Shown piece by piece: positions 1 to 15,690 of a DNA stretch of 64,000 nt. A model generated the notes under the pieces. The model did not search any database, had not been told where the DNA came from, and saw only the letters and a list, made by a program, of their open reading frames with translations. This DNA is from the human T2T-CHM13v2.0 reference genome, Homo sapiens. Each line of letters opens with the position of its first letter. Within the stretch, counting starts at the first letter, position 1. The translations under genes were made by a program, and so were the position numbers. Location: the NCBI RefSeq assembly GCF_009914755.1, contig NC_060936.1; one strand, written 5' to 3'.

Positions 1-3377
<3,377 letters not shown>

Positions 3378-3488
3378 ATTAACAATGAATAGTGAAATAT
3401 GTGAGAAAAAATAGTGATTGGAAAATATTCTAATAAGATTTATTAGTATTATGCTGTGTTTTAGTGGTTTACAGTCTGTATGTGTATA

Positions 3489-3585
3489 CAGTCAGCCCAT
3501 CATATCTGTCTGTTCTGAATATGTGGATTAACCAACTATGGGTCAAAAACATTAAAGAAAAAAACAATGTAACTAAAAAAAAATA
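3489..3585. mobile_element. Tigger3/MER2-family DNA transposon terminal fragment
   Basis: ta-cagtcagccc...tatctg...gtggattaaccaactatgggtcaaaaacatt resembles the MER2/Tigger3 end and the copy at 63285. Confidence 0.55.
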
Positions 3586-4190
3586 AGGTGTAGATAAAAG
3601 CAATTTGGTCTTGTTAATTGGTTGAGTTATTTTTTTGCAAAGAGAAACACCAGGTAATTTGGTATCTGTCTTCCTGTTAGCTGAGGATGGGGTGAACTTT
3701 TTGTCTTCAACTAGACAGGGACTATTGCTTTGAGAAGAATAGAAACAGAGGCATGAGCAAGAAGAGAATTTATTAGGAGGATGCTGGATTTGCTCATGAA
3801 ATCCAGAGATTCAATGAATGAATGGGTATCAGGAAGGAAAAACACCAAGGGTAATTTTAAAGACCTCAGAGGAAGGAATTCCTGGAAACTCACTTTAGGG
3901 TTGTGCCTTTAATATTGACTCGTTTCTCAATCTTATTCTTTGTGTCTTGAAACTCAGTCTATCAAAAGAAAAATATGATTGCCTTGTTTCCAGCCAATGG
4001 ATTGGCTTCCTATGGGTCAGAGGTTGATCGGGTCCAATCAGGTATGGCCTGGTTTGGGAGGGAGGAAGGATTAACCTAACATGAACATAATTGCTGGAGT
4101 CTAAACCTGCGGGGAGCCTTTCTCAGAGAAGTGGGCTATAAGCTGAGCAGGCACCCCTAAGAAAGTGTTCTTTCACAACTTACCCCTCTT

Positions 4191-4322
4191 TTTTTGTATT
4201 TTTTGTAGAGACAGGGTTTCATCATGTTGGCAAGGTTGGTCTCGAACTCCTGGCCTCAAGTGATCTGCCTGCCTTGGCCCCCCGAAGTGCTGGGATTACA
4301 GGCATGAGCCACTGTGCCTTGC
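4191..4322 (-). mobile_element. Alu left monomer only, with TSD
   Basis: Reverse-complement left arm plus A-rich linker; flanked by acaacttacccctctt (4175-4190) and acaccttacccctctt (4325-4340). Confidence 0.9.
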
Positions 4323-4753
4323 TTACACCTTACCCCTCTTGTTGGGTATTATCTGCATAATCTAATGTTCTCCAACTTCAGTGTACACACGATATGTATG
4401 AACACATGGATGGTGAGGACATTGTTGGGGCTGGGCCTCTTGGCAACCATATCTGCTTCCTTTAGTAGTGGCTCCTTGATTTCCTTCTAGGGGCTTCTCT
4501 TGTCATGAGGGTTGTGGCTGGGGCTGTAAATCAAGGCGTCCTACTCTGCACTGATCAAGGGGTGAGGAGCTGACCGATGGTCAGCCGATCAGATGCTCCC
4601 TCCTGGGACTTTGAGTCTTGAGTAGATTGCTGCAGGCTTGGACAAGACAGTATGAGCATATCATTGTATCTCTGGAACTGGTGAGGCTGTTAATTTGTTA
4701 TGTAACCCAGACTCTGGAGCTGTCCTGGTCTCTATGTTGTTTCTGAAACTCAT

Positions 4754-5023
4754 TGTTATTATTATTATTATTGTGACAGGGTCTTGCTTTGTCACCCAGG
4801 CTGGAGTGCAGCGGTGTGATCATAGCTCACTGCAGCCTTGATCTCCCAGGCTCAAGCAATCTTCCCCCCTCAGCCTCCATGCCCAGCTAATTTTTAAAAC
4901 AATTTTTTAGTAGAGATAGGGTCTCACCACGTTGCCCAGGCTGATCTCAAACTCTTTTGCTCAGGCAATCCTTCTACCTTGGGTTCCCAAAGTGCTGGGA
5001 TTACAGGTGTGAGCCACTGCACC
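4754..5023 (-). mobile_element. AluJ with (TTA)n tail and short internal deletion
   Basis: gatcatagctcactgcagcc / ggctcaagcaatc are J-type; cagcctcc joins directly to atgcccagc. Confidence 0.9.
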
Positions 5024-6460
5024 CTATTTAGACCTATTTTTTTTCCACCTTTTCTCTTAAACTGGTAGGCTGGTGTCCTCCAAAAACTCAACTTCTGCTC
5101 AAGTTAGAATCAGTGCCTGTTGCTTACAACCAAAGATCACTAATGGATTTACTATGGAAAGTCAGGATAATGGCTCTGAAACATGGGATGATGGGGTCCC
5201 TTATCACAAGACTGTTTTTACTAAGGCCAAAAGATAGTCTCAGGGCAATGTCTGAAGTTCATGAAAGAAGACACCAAAGACTTCTTTTTTGATTTCCACC
5301 TAATGAGAAAATCAGTCTGGTGTCTCTTGCTTGAGCAACTGACTAATTGTGGTTCTATAAATGGCCTTCTATTTTAACTGTATGTTCATATTTTTGACTT
5401 CCGCAAAGTGTGATGGTGAAATGAGTCCCATTTGCATGTTGTTTCTTCCCCCTTTCCCCTTGGCAAAGTTCTATTTGTCCTTCACTTTCATTCCGCCACC
5501 ACAACTCCCTGCCAGCAGCATTAATTACTGAGTTTTTGGTGCTACCTACACAGTATCACCACTATTAGAAATATTAGCACACTGTCATGTAATTAGATGG
5601 GACAAATTCTCCTCACGTCCTTATGACCTTCCTTAGTGCCGGAACTAGGTCTAATTCCTCCTCTAACCTGTTATGCCAAGTCCAGGACTTGGCAATTAGT
5701 GATACCCAACACCTCTTTATCAAATTGAATTGTTTCTCTCTTCTTTGTACCAAAACCCATACCGGGTATCTCATTTTAGAGCTCTTTGAAGTTACTGTAG
5801 TTCCATCCATTAAGTTAACAGTTCTGGGTATATTCTCCGGAAGCTTTGGAATCTGAATATTAAGTGTTCACTGTGATGGGTTAGGCAGGATGGACTGAAA
5901 GTAAATACTCTACACAGCTACCATTGGCACCTTGACTTATTCTGCTCACTAGAAATGACATTAAGCTTTTGTTTCTCCCCATCTTTGATTCGAAGAACCA
6001 ATTAGAGTCCACCTCGATGTCTTTTTCTTTTTATTCCTATTAGCTGTCAACTACAGAATCCACTTACCGTGCAGTCTAACTACTGGCAAGAATGTTGGAA
6101 TTGCCTGAGACCAAGAAAATAATGCATCTCTCTCTCTCTGTATGTGTGTGTGTATTAGGACAGTTGTGGGCAGAGTAGAGGTGGTATAGACACTCATAAG
6201 ATTACCTCTGGAAGAAATATCACTTATGGCTTCATTATGCTGCATTCGTCTAAGTCCTAGACCTGTCCAGTTAAAATAAATGTATTTGAGCAACAAGATC
6301 TTGGTGAAGAGACAGCCAGGATGATTTCTGAGTGAAGAGGGCATGGGTATAAAGGCTGGCATGATCTCTGATTTATTATGGCATATTATCATTTTGTATC
6401 ATATTATTAGTGTGTTATAGTATTAGTGCCCCATCTTGTTAGTGCCTTATTACATGGTGT

Positions 6461-6558
6461 TATAGTGTATTGGTTATGAGTAAGGTCTATGGTGTTAAAC
6501 TGCCTGGGATTAAATCTTGGACCTGCCATTTGTTGGCTGTGTCACCTTGGGTAAGTCA
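6461..6558 (+). mobile_element. MIR fragment
   Basis: ctgcctgggattaaatctt...ggctgtgtcaccttgggtaagtc MIR core. Confidence 0.65.
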
Positions 6559-7480
6559 GGATAGTTTGACCAAGAGACATATTTTTGAGATTTTATTAGA
6601 ACAAGGTGGTTGGTCTTACACATTTCTGCTGCAGATGGGAAGTTGTCTGTGTCTAAGGAACAGGGGCTCTCAGTGCATTTTAGTATTATGTTTAAAAGCT
6701 TTGAGAATTTATATTGAAGGCCTGCAAGGCTGTGACAATTACTTCTGGCCCACCCCCCGGAAAATTATTTTGCCATTGAATGATATTGACTTCTAAATAT
6801 CAAGTTTCCAGGCACTGCTAGGACCCTCTGAGGGTTCGGTCACTGTAAAATCCTATTTCCCAGTGTCAGGAGACAAACGTGTATGATTGCTGGCTGTCCT
6901 AATTATTTTTGACTGACTTAATATCTTCATTGGATTTAATTACCGTCTTCCTTTTGGTAGAGCCATTGTTGATAGATGTTAAGCTTATGTTATTCTCTTA
7001 GCTGAAGTTAAGGAGATTGAGTGGGAACTGAACAGTCTGAAGACCTCAAGGAATGTATGCAGACCTGAGTAGCATTGTTCTCTTTCACATTACTGGATTG
7101 TTGTTCTTGTAAAATTTGTTCCGAAACCATAAGGAACCTGAAATCTGCTACCTTTGACTGTGGAAGCTCTCATCTGCTTGAGAACAGAAGGTCTCAGTCT
7201 GTTCTGCACTTTTTACTTTGAAATACTATTTAGCACATCCTTCATGAACCCATTATTCGATAGCCTTGATAGATGTTTGTTTATTATAACAGGTACATCT
7301 CCTTTCACAGGAAATGCAAAAAGGTTATTTCTTCCTTAGCTCCCAAAATGAAGGCTGTCTTGGAAAATGGGAAGCAGAATGCCAGAATTCCAGTCCAATG
7401 GGTATAACACAGTGTGGCTTGTCACTAAGAAATTTACTAGGATACTATTGAACTCTTTGACCTCTACTATTATAGCTCGT

Positions 7481-7880
7481 TGTACTAGTTAGGGTAATTA
7501 ATGTTAGCTGCTGTAACAAATAACCCTCTATCTCAGTGGTTTAACACAGTGTAATGAGGCTTGGATGGAGTTTCTGAGCCACATCCAAGTAGCTACAAAC
7601 AAGTCCAAGTAGTAATCAGCGATGCTAGCCACTTCTGTCCTATGTCTATGTCATCTGGAAACTATGCTTGTTGCTATGCCATCCTTGAAGTTTCCATGGA
7701 AACCCTGGAAGATCTCACAAGATGTTTTCAAAGGCCAGGACTGGATGTGGCTTATATCACCTCCACCCACATTTCATCCGTCAGGCTGCAGATACATGGC
7801 TTTAAGAGAGGCTTGGAAATGTATCCTTCCTATGTACCCAGGAAGCAGAAATGGCGAGGTGAACATCGAGGAGTGTCAAA
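7481..7880 (-). mobile_element. Old MaLR LTR (MLT1J/K-like)
   Basis: tagctgctgtaacaaataaccc...tctcagtggtttaacaca start and ggcttatatcacctccacccacattt are typical of late MLT1 subfamilies. Confidence 0.5.
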
Positions 7881-8491
7881 CATGTTTTTGCCATTTTCTA
7901 CACGTCTGCTATTTGTCTCTTGCTGTGCTGTCATCAAAATGCTTTTCACCTACTACATTTTTTTCAAGGCCAGTCTCACATTCTCCTCTGAACTTCTATT
8001 GGACTTGAGTTCATATCTTTAATATATATCATGTGATCATATTATATCCTGTATTATGATTAAATGTTTCCTGTGTCTTGGTTTTGTCTCTTCCATTGTA
8101 AACCAGTCCTGATATTCCCAAGGTGGTCTGGTTGAAGAAGTTTTCTGTTTGTCTGGAAAAGGCTGTTCCATGCTTAAAGAATGAAAACAGCTTCTATTTT
8201 AGCTCTTAATTTATGCAAAAGCTCTTAGCACAGTAGAAATAGAAGGAAACTTCTTAATTTGATAGACAGTATCTTCTAGAACTTTAAAATAAACATTATA
8301 TTTAATAGGAAATCAAACTTAGGGAAAAGACAAGGAAGGCTATTATTATCATTGTTCTGACATTGTACTGAATGTCTAGCCAAGGCAATAAGACATGGAA
8401 AAGAAATGGGTCATAAAGTCTATAAATCAGTTTTTGATACAAATCACCCTAAAATGAAGTTTTCTAAGATAACAACCATTTACTTAGCATA

Positions 8492-8852
8492 TGGTATGGT
8501 TTTGCTGTGTCCTTACCCAAACCTCATCTTGAATTATAACCCTCACAATTCTCATGTGTCGTTTGAGGAACCTGGTGGGAGGTGATTGGATTATGGGGGC
8601 GGGTCTTTCCTATGCTGTTCTCGTGATAGTGAATGAGTCTCATGAGATCTGATGGTTTTAAAAATGGGAACTGCCCTGCACAAGCTCTCTCTTTGCCTGC
8701 CGCCATCCATGTAAGACATGACTTGCTCCTCTTTGCCTCCTGCCATGATTGTGAGGCCTCCCCAGCCACGTGGAACTGTAAGTCCATTAAACCTCTTTTT
8801 CTTCCCAGTCTTAGATATGTCTTTATCAGCAGCATGAAAACAGACTAATACA
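8492..8852 (+). mobile_element. THE1A solo LTR (ERVL-MaLR)
   Basis: tggtatggttttgctgtgtcc...gccatccatgtaaga...cagcagcatgaaaacagactaataca; imperfect 5-bp TSD gcata/gcatc. Confidence 0.9.
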
Positions 8853-9377
8853 GCATCTAATTATCTGGGTCTGCCATTTGGGCTGAGCTGGGCTGGGAAG
8901 GTTTTTCTGGACTTGGCTTAGCCCACTCGTGTACCTATGGCAAACTGCCGGATGGTTGACTGTGGTTTTCAGCCACTGAATTTTGAGGTGCTTCATGACA
9001 AAGAGAAACCTAACTGATGCAGATTAGAAAATAAGGGACAAAACTCAACATTCGTAGATGAAATTCTAGCCTATTTTAAAGATCTTAGGAATAAGGCTGA
9101 ATTGGAAAAATTGGTTTTTATCACATGTAAGTGTATATTTATTTATACCAATCAGCATTTTGTTTTTACCAGATACTGGTCCTGAGAGGCTTTTTCCCTA
9201 AAGCAATACATTTGCAATTAGCAGTACATTTGCATATGCAATGATCTCTTTAATTTTCTCTGGGTTTGCCTACATAAGCTTTTTAGTTATCCAATCTCAG
9301 ATATCACCAGCAGATAAATTCAGAGAATTAAGATAGTTAGAGACTGACAAAATATAAGAAATCAGGTATTTAGCACC

Positions 9378-9445
9378 TTCATTTATGGTTGAGAAAACTG
9401 AGGCTGAGAGAAGTTAAGTGATTTGTCCAAGGTCACACAACTCAC
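9378..9445 (-). mobile_element. MIR fragment
   Basis: gagaaaactgaggctgagagaagttaagtgatttgtccaaggtcacaca. Confidence 0.75.
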
Positions 9446-9499
9446 ATATAGCAAAAACCTGTGTTGTTAGTATAAATATTTTTTAATTATTATTTAAAA

Positions 9500-9835
9500 A
9501 TTTTTACTTATTTATTTTAGTTTTTTTTTAAAATTTACTTATTTATTTAGAGATGGGTGTCTCACTCTTTTGCCCAGGTTGGAATGCAGTGGCACAATCA
9601 TAGCTCACTGCAGCCTTGAATAGTCCCAAGTGATCCTCCTGCCTTAGCCTCCACCAAGCAGGTGGGACTACAGACGTATGCCACCAAACCCAGCTAATTT
9701 TAATTTTTTTCTTTTTGTAGAGATGGGGTCTCGCTATGTTGTCTAGGCTGATCTTGAACTCCTAGGCTCAAGTGATTCACCCATCTTAGCCTCCCAAAGT
9801 ACTGGAATTACAGTCATGATCCGCCATGCCAGGCC
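9500..9835 (-). mobile_element. AluJ
   Basis: Full dimer in reverse with (TTTA)-like tail; aatcatagctcactgcagcc. Confidence 0.92.
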
Positions 9836-10279
9836 ATTAGTTTAAGTATTATTATCACATTAGAAGCTGGGAGTTTTGATATCTGGATCAATTCTCCTGT
9901 AATATCACATTAAATATTTTCTGACTTATTTCCATTCAAAGGGAGAGGTAGCCAGTTTGAATGGTCCAAGATGGAAGAGGCCTGCAGTATAATTCTCAGT
10001 TGGTTCTGGAACCTTCAGAGGCAGAATATACATAAAAACTTCTAAGAATTTTGGAGGTTGAATGTGTTGGGACTATCAATGACCTTATATGATACTGTCA
10101 TTTGTAGGACACTCTTCAAACTTATCAGTTATCAATTAAAAATAATTATCTATTGTTTAGCTACATAAATTCCACGTATGATGTTTTAGTTATGTTGGGG
10201 GGAGTTACTCCAGAGATTAACTCTGTAAAGAATGCTAAATGGTTTTCCTTGCCTCTTAGTAGTAACTAAAATACTAACG

Positions 10280-10485
10280 ACATTAAGTTGAATTCTTACT
10301 GTGTGCCAGGTACTGTGTTGAATACTTTACATATATTACTAATTAAATTCTCATATAACTTGGCAATGTAGATGTTATCCTCATTTACAGATGAGGAAAC
10401 TGAAGCGTGAAGAGACTAAACCCAAGGTAACTAAAGACAGAAGGGGAATTCATACCCGTATCTGCCCAGCCTCAAAGTTCAACTC
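10280..10485 (-). mobile_element. MIR
   Basis: ttactgtgtgccaggtactgtg...catttacagatgaggaaactgaag. Confidence 0.7.
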
Positions 10486-10509
10486 TTGTTGATGTTTTTT
10501 CAGTAGGCC

Positions 10510-11505
<996 letters not shown>

Positions 11506-13150
11506 AAGCTTTTTCAAGGTAAAGATAAACCCAAGTGAACCTATCTGAGTGATCACAGACCCTGAGCTGTTAGGGCCATCATTAACCAAACTTCCTTCAA
11601 AGCCGCAGCTCACCAAGGGTTTCCTCCATGGCCATGATGTTCACTGCATCTGCAGACAATGCTGCCTGTGTGCCATTGGCATATTCAATTCAAATTACTT
11701 CTGCAAGAGCTGAGAACCCTCTACCTACCTTCACTGTCTCAGATATGGCTTCCTGTACACCAGAGAACCCACTGTGGAGTGGAATATTCTGCTATGATTT
11801 GCCGCTGGCCCATGTGAGCCTAATTGAGCTTGGTCCATTAGTCAAGTATGGGCCAACCCACTGGCTCGATGGATCGATAGGCGTTTGTTTGTTTGATTCC
11901 ACCCAGCCGTGCACCCTGGCAAGGGCAGAAAACAGCATCAAAGTGCATCACGTGCTCCAGAGACTGAGGAATTTCTTTTGTGCTTTTACCTGAGGCCACT
12001 TTGGATGAAATAAACACAATATTTAAACTGACCAGCTTTAATGAGCAGAAATGGAAATGCCGATATCCTTCTCTGGGAAACACAGTTAGGATAAAGGGAG
12101 TTTGCAAAGCCAGCTACTGAGATGGCAATTAAGCCAAGTTCATAAATTGGATTTTCAGGGTATTACTGGAAAAGGGGAAAATTTAATCAAGGAGGATCAA
12201 TACTGCTTATGTGGAGTGAAAGTGGCCCATGTCATGGGGATCTGGGTTTCTGGGGAAGGGTGAGAGTGCCCTGCTGCCCGCCCCCACCGCTCCTCACCTT
12301 GCAGAAATGGGGTACTGGGGCGCATAAGGGGCTCGCTGGCCACTTGTGCAAATGTTTCCTGTGCAAGTTACACCTGCCGTGGCAGCTCAGCCTTCCTCGT
12401 CTGTCTCTTGAAGTGACTGCTGCTCACCATTCCTTAGCGGGCTCTCGCGTGTCCTCCAAACACTGCTGCATGCCATGACACAGCTAATCACATGCATCTG
12501 TTGTCTGCAGCTTGGGTGTGAATTTCCCTCTTGAAACCTGAGGGTAAGGGAAGGGGACTGCACGGCTGCTTTGCAGGGGCCCCGACTGCTCCTTCCTGGG
12601 ATGTGCCGCCACCTCCCCAGGGCCTTTCCCTACCGGCCTCCCCTGGTGTTCCCAGCCAGCTTCCTGCACAGGGCGGACAGGAGCCAGGACTCCTGGAGGC
12701 AGGTGCGTCCAGGGGCCCTGGGTGAGGAGGCTACGGCAGCCTCGGGTCCCAGCAGGGCAGGCATGGGGTCTGAGAGGGGCAGGAAGGCAGTGGTGGCCCG
12801 GCCTGTGCTCTGTCCCTGGGCTCAGGAGGGCGCACCCTTGGGAGGGTCTGTCCTGTGAAGAAACCTGCATGTTGTCCACTCAGCCACTCAGCCACGCCCG
12901 CAGATCTCACTTGGCTCCAAAATGGGCTGGGCCCTGTGTCAGGCTCCAGGGATAGACACAGCGCCAACCGAAGGCTCAGTTCCACCCTCAAGAGCTTGCA
13001 GTCCAGGAAGGGAGATGAAAATAAACCCGTGAAGATAGATAACTATCTAAGGACGAATGGCAAAGAGCCTTGTGAATGAGAAATACCAGGCACTCTGAGA
13101 AAGGGAGGTGGCACTCCATATCAGGACTAGTGGAGTTACGGAGTTCCACC

Positions 13151-13164
13151 CCTGCAGGTGGCAC
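13151..13164 (+). promoter_or_regulatory. Candidate CTCF motif overlapping paired E-boxes
   Basis: CCTGCAGGTGGCAC fits the CTCF core; motif match only. Confidence 0.35.
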
Positions 13165-13884
13165 GTCACCTGCGACCTGGAAACCTTTGATAATAAATAA
13201 CGAGCACCTGCAGGGCAGCGGCCTGGCGCTCCACACCTTAGCTCATGCAGTCCTCAAAACCACACTGGGAGGTCTCACTCCACAATGCTGCTTGCTGGAG
13301 CCATGGCCAGACTGCTGGGAGCACTTTGAGGAGGGCATTCCCAGCTAGTGATTGCTCAAACTAAGGCCAAAAAACATCTAGGGGAAGACATCTTCAATGT
13401 GCAAAACCTGCATTGGATTAATATTTCAACATGTCCCCTTCTGCCCTCCAGAATTTCCCAGGAATCTTCTTGTGGCCAACCCTAACGAGAAACACACATG
13501 AAAGGGGATATGGGGAAATGTAGTTCAGAGGAGCCAAGTGGTTCCCTGCAGAGTGGAGACAGAGGATGCAGGGGGTGAATCTGGAAGGTAGCTTGGGGTC
13601 ACACCAGAGGGAACGTCGACTACCCAGCATGTTAGTTTTTCTCCACTGGCCCTCACTTCCACTCACCTTCCTCTCTTTTCTTCCCTGCTGTGTGCTTGGG
13701 GTGGGGGTGGTTCATACCAATCCATGGCTTCACCTGGGTTCTCTTGCTGCTGGCTTCTGGCTGGGCGCTGCCAGTGCACTGGCATTGATGGGAGACCAGA
13801 GGGCAGGCAGGAGGAGGGGGAGGTAGAGTGAGCCCCTCCTTCTGCTTCTCTGCATGCACATGAGCACAGAAGAGAGGCAGCAGG

Positions 13885-15494
13885 AAGGATGTACCCTACC
13901 TCCCCCTCCTCCCTGGGAATGGCCGTGTCCCTCCTCTCCGTCCTCCCTGGAAATGGCCGCATCCCTCCTCCCCGTCCTCCCTGGAAATGGATGCGTCCCT
14001 CCTCCCCCTCCTCCCTGGAAATGGCCATGTCCCTCCTCCTCCTCCCTGGAAATGGCCATGTTCCTCCTCCCCCTCCTCCCTGGAAATGGCCGCATCCCTC
14101 CTCCCTCTTCTCCCTGGAAATGGATGCGTCCCTCCTCTCCCTCCTCCCTGAAAATGGATGCGTCCCTCCTCCCCCTCCTCCCTGGAAATGGATGCGTCCC
14201 TCCTCTCCTTCCTCCCTGAAAATGGCCGCATCCCTCCTCCCCCTCCTCCCTGGAAATGGATGCATCCCCTCCTCTCCTTCCTCCCTGGAAATGACCGCGT
14301 CCCTCCTCCCCCTCCTCCCTGGAAATGGATGCGTCCCCTCCTCTCCCTCCTCCCTGGAAATGGCCGTGTCCCTCCTCCCCCTCCTCCCTGGAAATGGCTG
14401 CATCCCTCCTCCCCCTCCTCCCTGGAAATGGCCACGCCCCTCCTCCCCCTCCTCACTGGAAAAGGATGCGTCCCTCCGCCCCCTCCTCCCTGGAAATGGG
14501 CACCTCCCTCCTCCCCTAAAATGGATGCATGCCTCCTCCCCCTTCTCCCTGGAAATGGGCGCGTCCCTTCTCCCCCTCCTCCCCAAAAATGGATGCGTCC
14601 CTCCTCCCCCTCTTCCCTGGAAATGGCCATGTCCCTGCTCCCCCTCCTCCCTGGAAATGGCTGTGTCCCTCCTCCCTCTCCTCCCTGGAAGAAATGGATG
14701 CGTCCCTCCTCCCCCTCCTCCCTGAAAATGGCCGCGTCCCTCCTCCCCCTCCTCCCTGAAAATGGCCATGTCCCTCATCCTTGGAAATGGATGTGTCCCT
14801 CCTCCCCTTCCTCCCTGAAAATGGCTGGGTCCCTCCTCCCCCTCCTCCCTGGAAATGGATGCGTCCCCTCCTCTCCCTCCTCCCTGGAAATGGCCGTGTT
14901 CCTCCTCCCCCTCTTCCCCCTCCTCCCTGGAAATGGCTGCATCCCTCCTCCCCCTCCTCCCTGGAAATGGCCACGCCCCTCCTCCCCCTCCTCCCTGGAA
15001 AAGGATGCGTCCCTCTCCCCCCTCCTCCCTGGAAATGGGTGCGTCCCTCTTCCCCCTCTTCCCTGAAAATGGATGCGTCCCTCCTCCCCCTCCTCCCTGG
15101 AAATGGCTGTGTCCCTCCTCCCTCTCCTCCCTGGGAGAAATGGATGCGTCCCTCCTCCCCCTCCTCCCTGAAAATGGCCGCGTCCCTCCTCCCCCTCCTC
15201 CCTGAAAATGGCCGCATCTCTCCTCCCCCTCCTCCCTGAAAATGGCCGTGTCCCTCCTCCCCCTACTCCCTGAAAATGGCCGCGTCCCTCTTCCCCCTCC
15301 TCCCTGGCAATGGCCGCTTCCCTCCTCCCCCTCCTCCCTGAAAATGGCCGTGTCCGTCCTCCCCCTCCTCCCTGTAAATGGCTGCGTCCCTCCTCCCCCT
15401 CCTCCCTGTAAATGGCTGCGTCCCTCCTCCCCCTCCTCCCTGGAAATGGCTGTGTCCCTCCTCCCCCTCTTCCCTGGAAATGGCCGTGTCCCTC
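13885..15494. repeat. 34-bp minisatellite (VNTR), about 47 copies, consensus CCTCCCCCTCCTCCCTGGAAATGGCCGCGTCCCT
   Basis: GGAAATGG recurs every 34 nt (13949, 13983...); variants GGATGCGT, GGCCGCAT, GGCTGTGT, GGCCATGT. Confidence 0.97.
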
Positions 15495-15632
15495 CAAGGC
15501 TGTAGCTCCTGTTGGATGGCCCCTCCTCCATGGCTCCAGGCCTCAAGGGACTTTTGTGACCCTATTTCTTCCCCTTGACCCTTCCAACTCAGGGTGATAG
15601 CAGCTTTTTGTTGTTGCTCATCTCTGAGTTCT

Positions 15633-15690
15633 TTGACATCCCTTATTATTTCTCTTATTCATTGACATCCCTTATTATTTCTCTTATTCA
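15633..15690. repeat. Perfect 29-bp tandem duplication
   Basis: ttgacatcccttattatttctcttattca at 15633-15661 and 15662-15690. Confidence 0.95.

Noticed and set aside
8757-8769. PRDM9 hotspot motif in THE1A
   Set aside because: Sequence is CCTCCCCAGCCAC, the ordinary consensus form, not the hotspot-associated CCTCCCTAGCCAC.
13885-15494. CRISPR-like appearance of a ~34-bp periodic repeat
   Set aside because: Units are head-to-tail with no unique spacers, no cas genes, and the context is primate intron.
13663-15546. 627-aa minus-strand ORF and the overlapping Pro-rich/Gly-Arg-rich ORFs
   Set aside because: The 34-bp unit has almost no stop codons, so most frames on both strands are open; peptides are pure repeat with no splice or promoter support.
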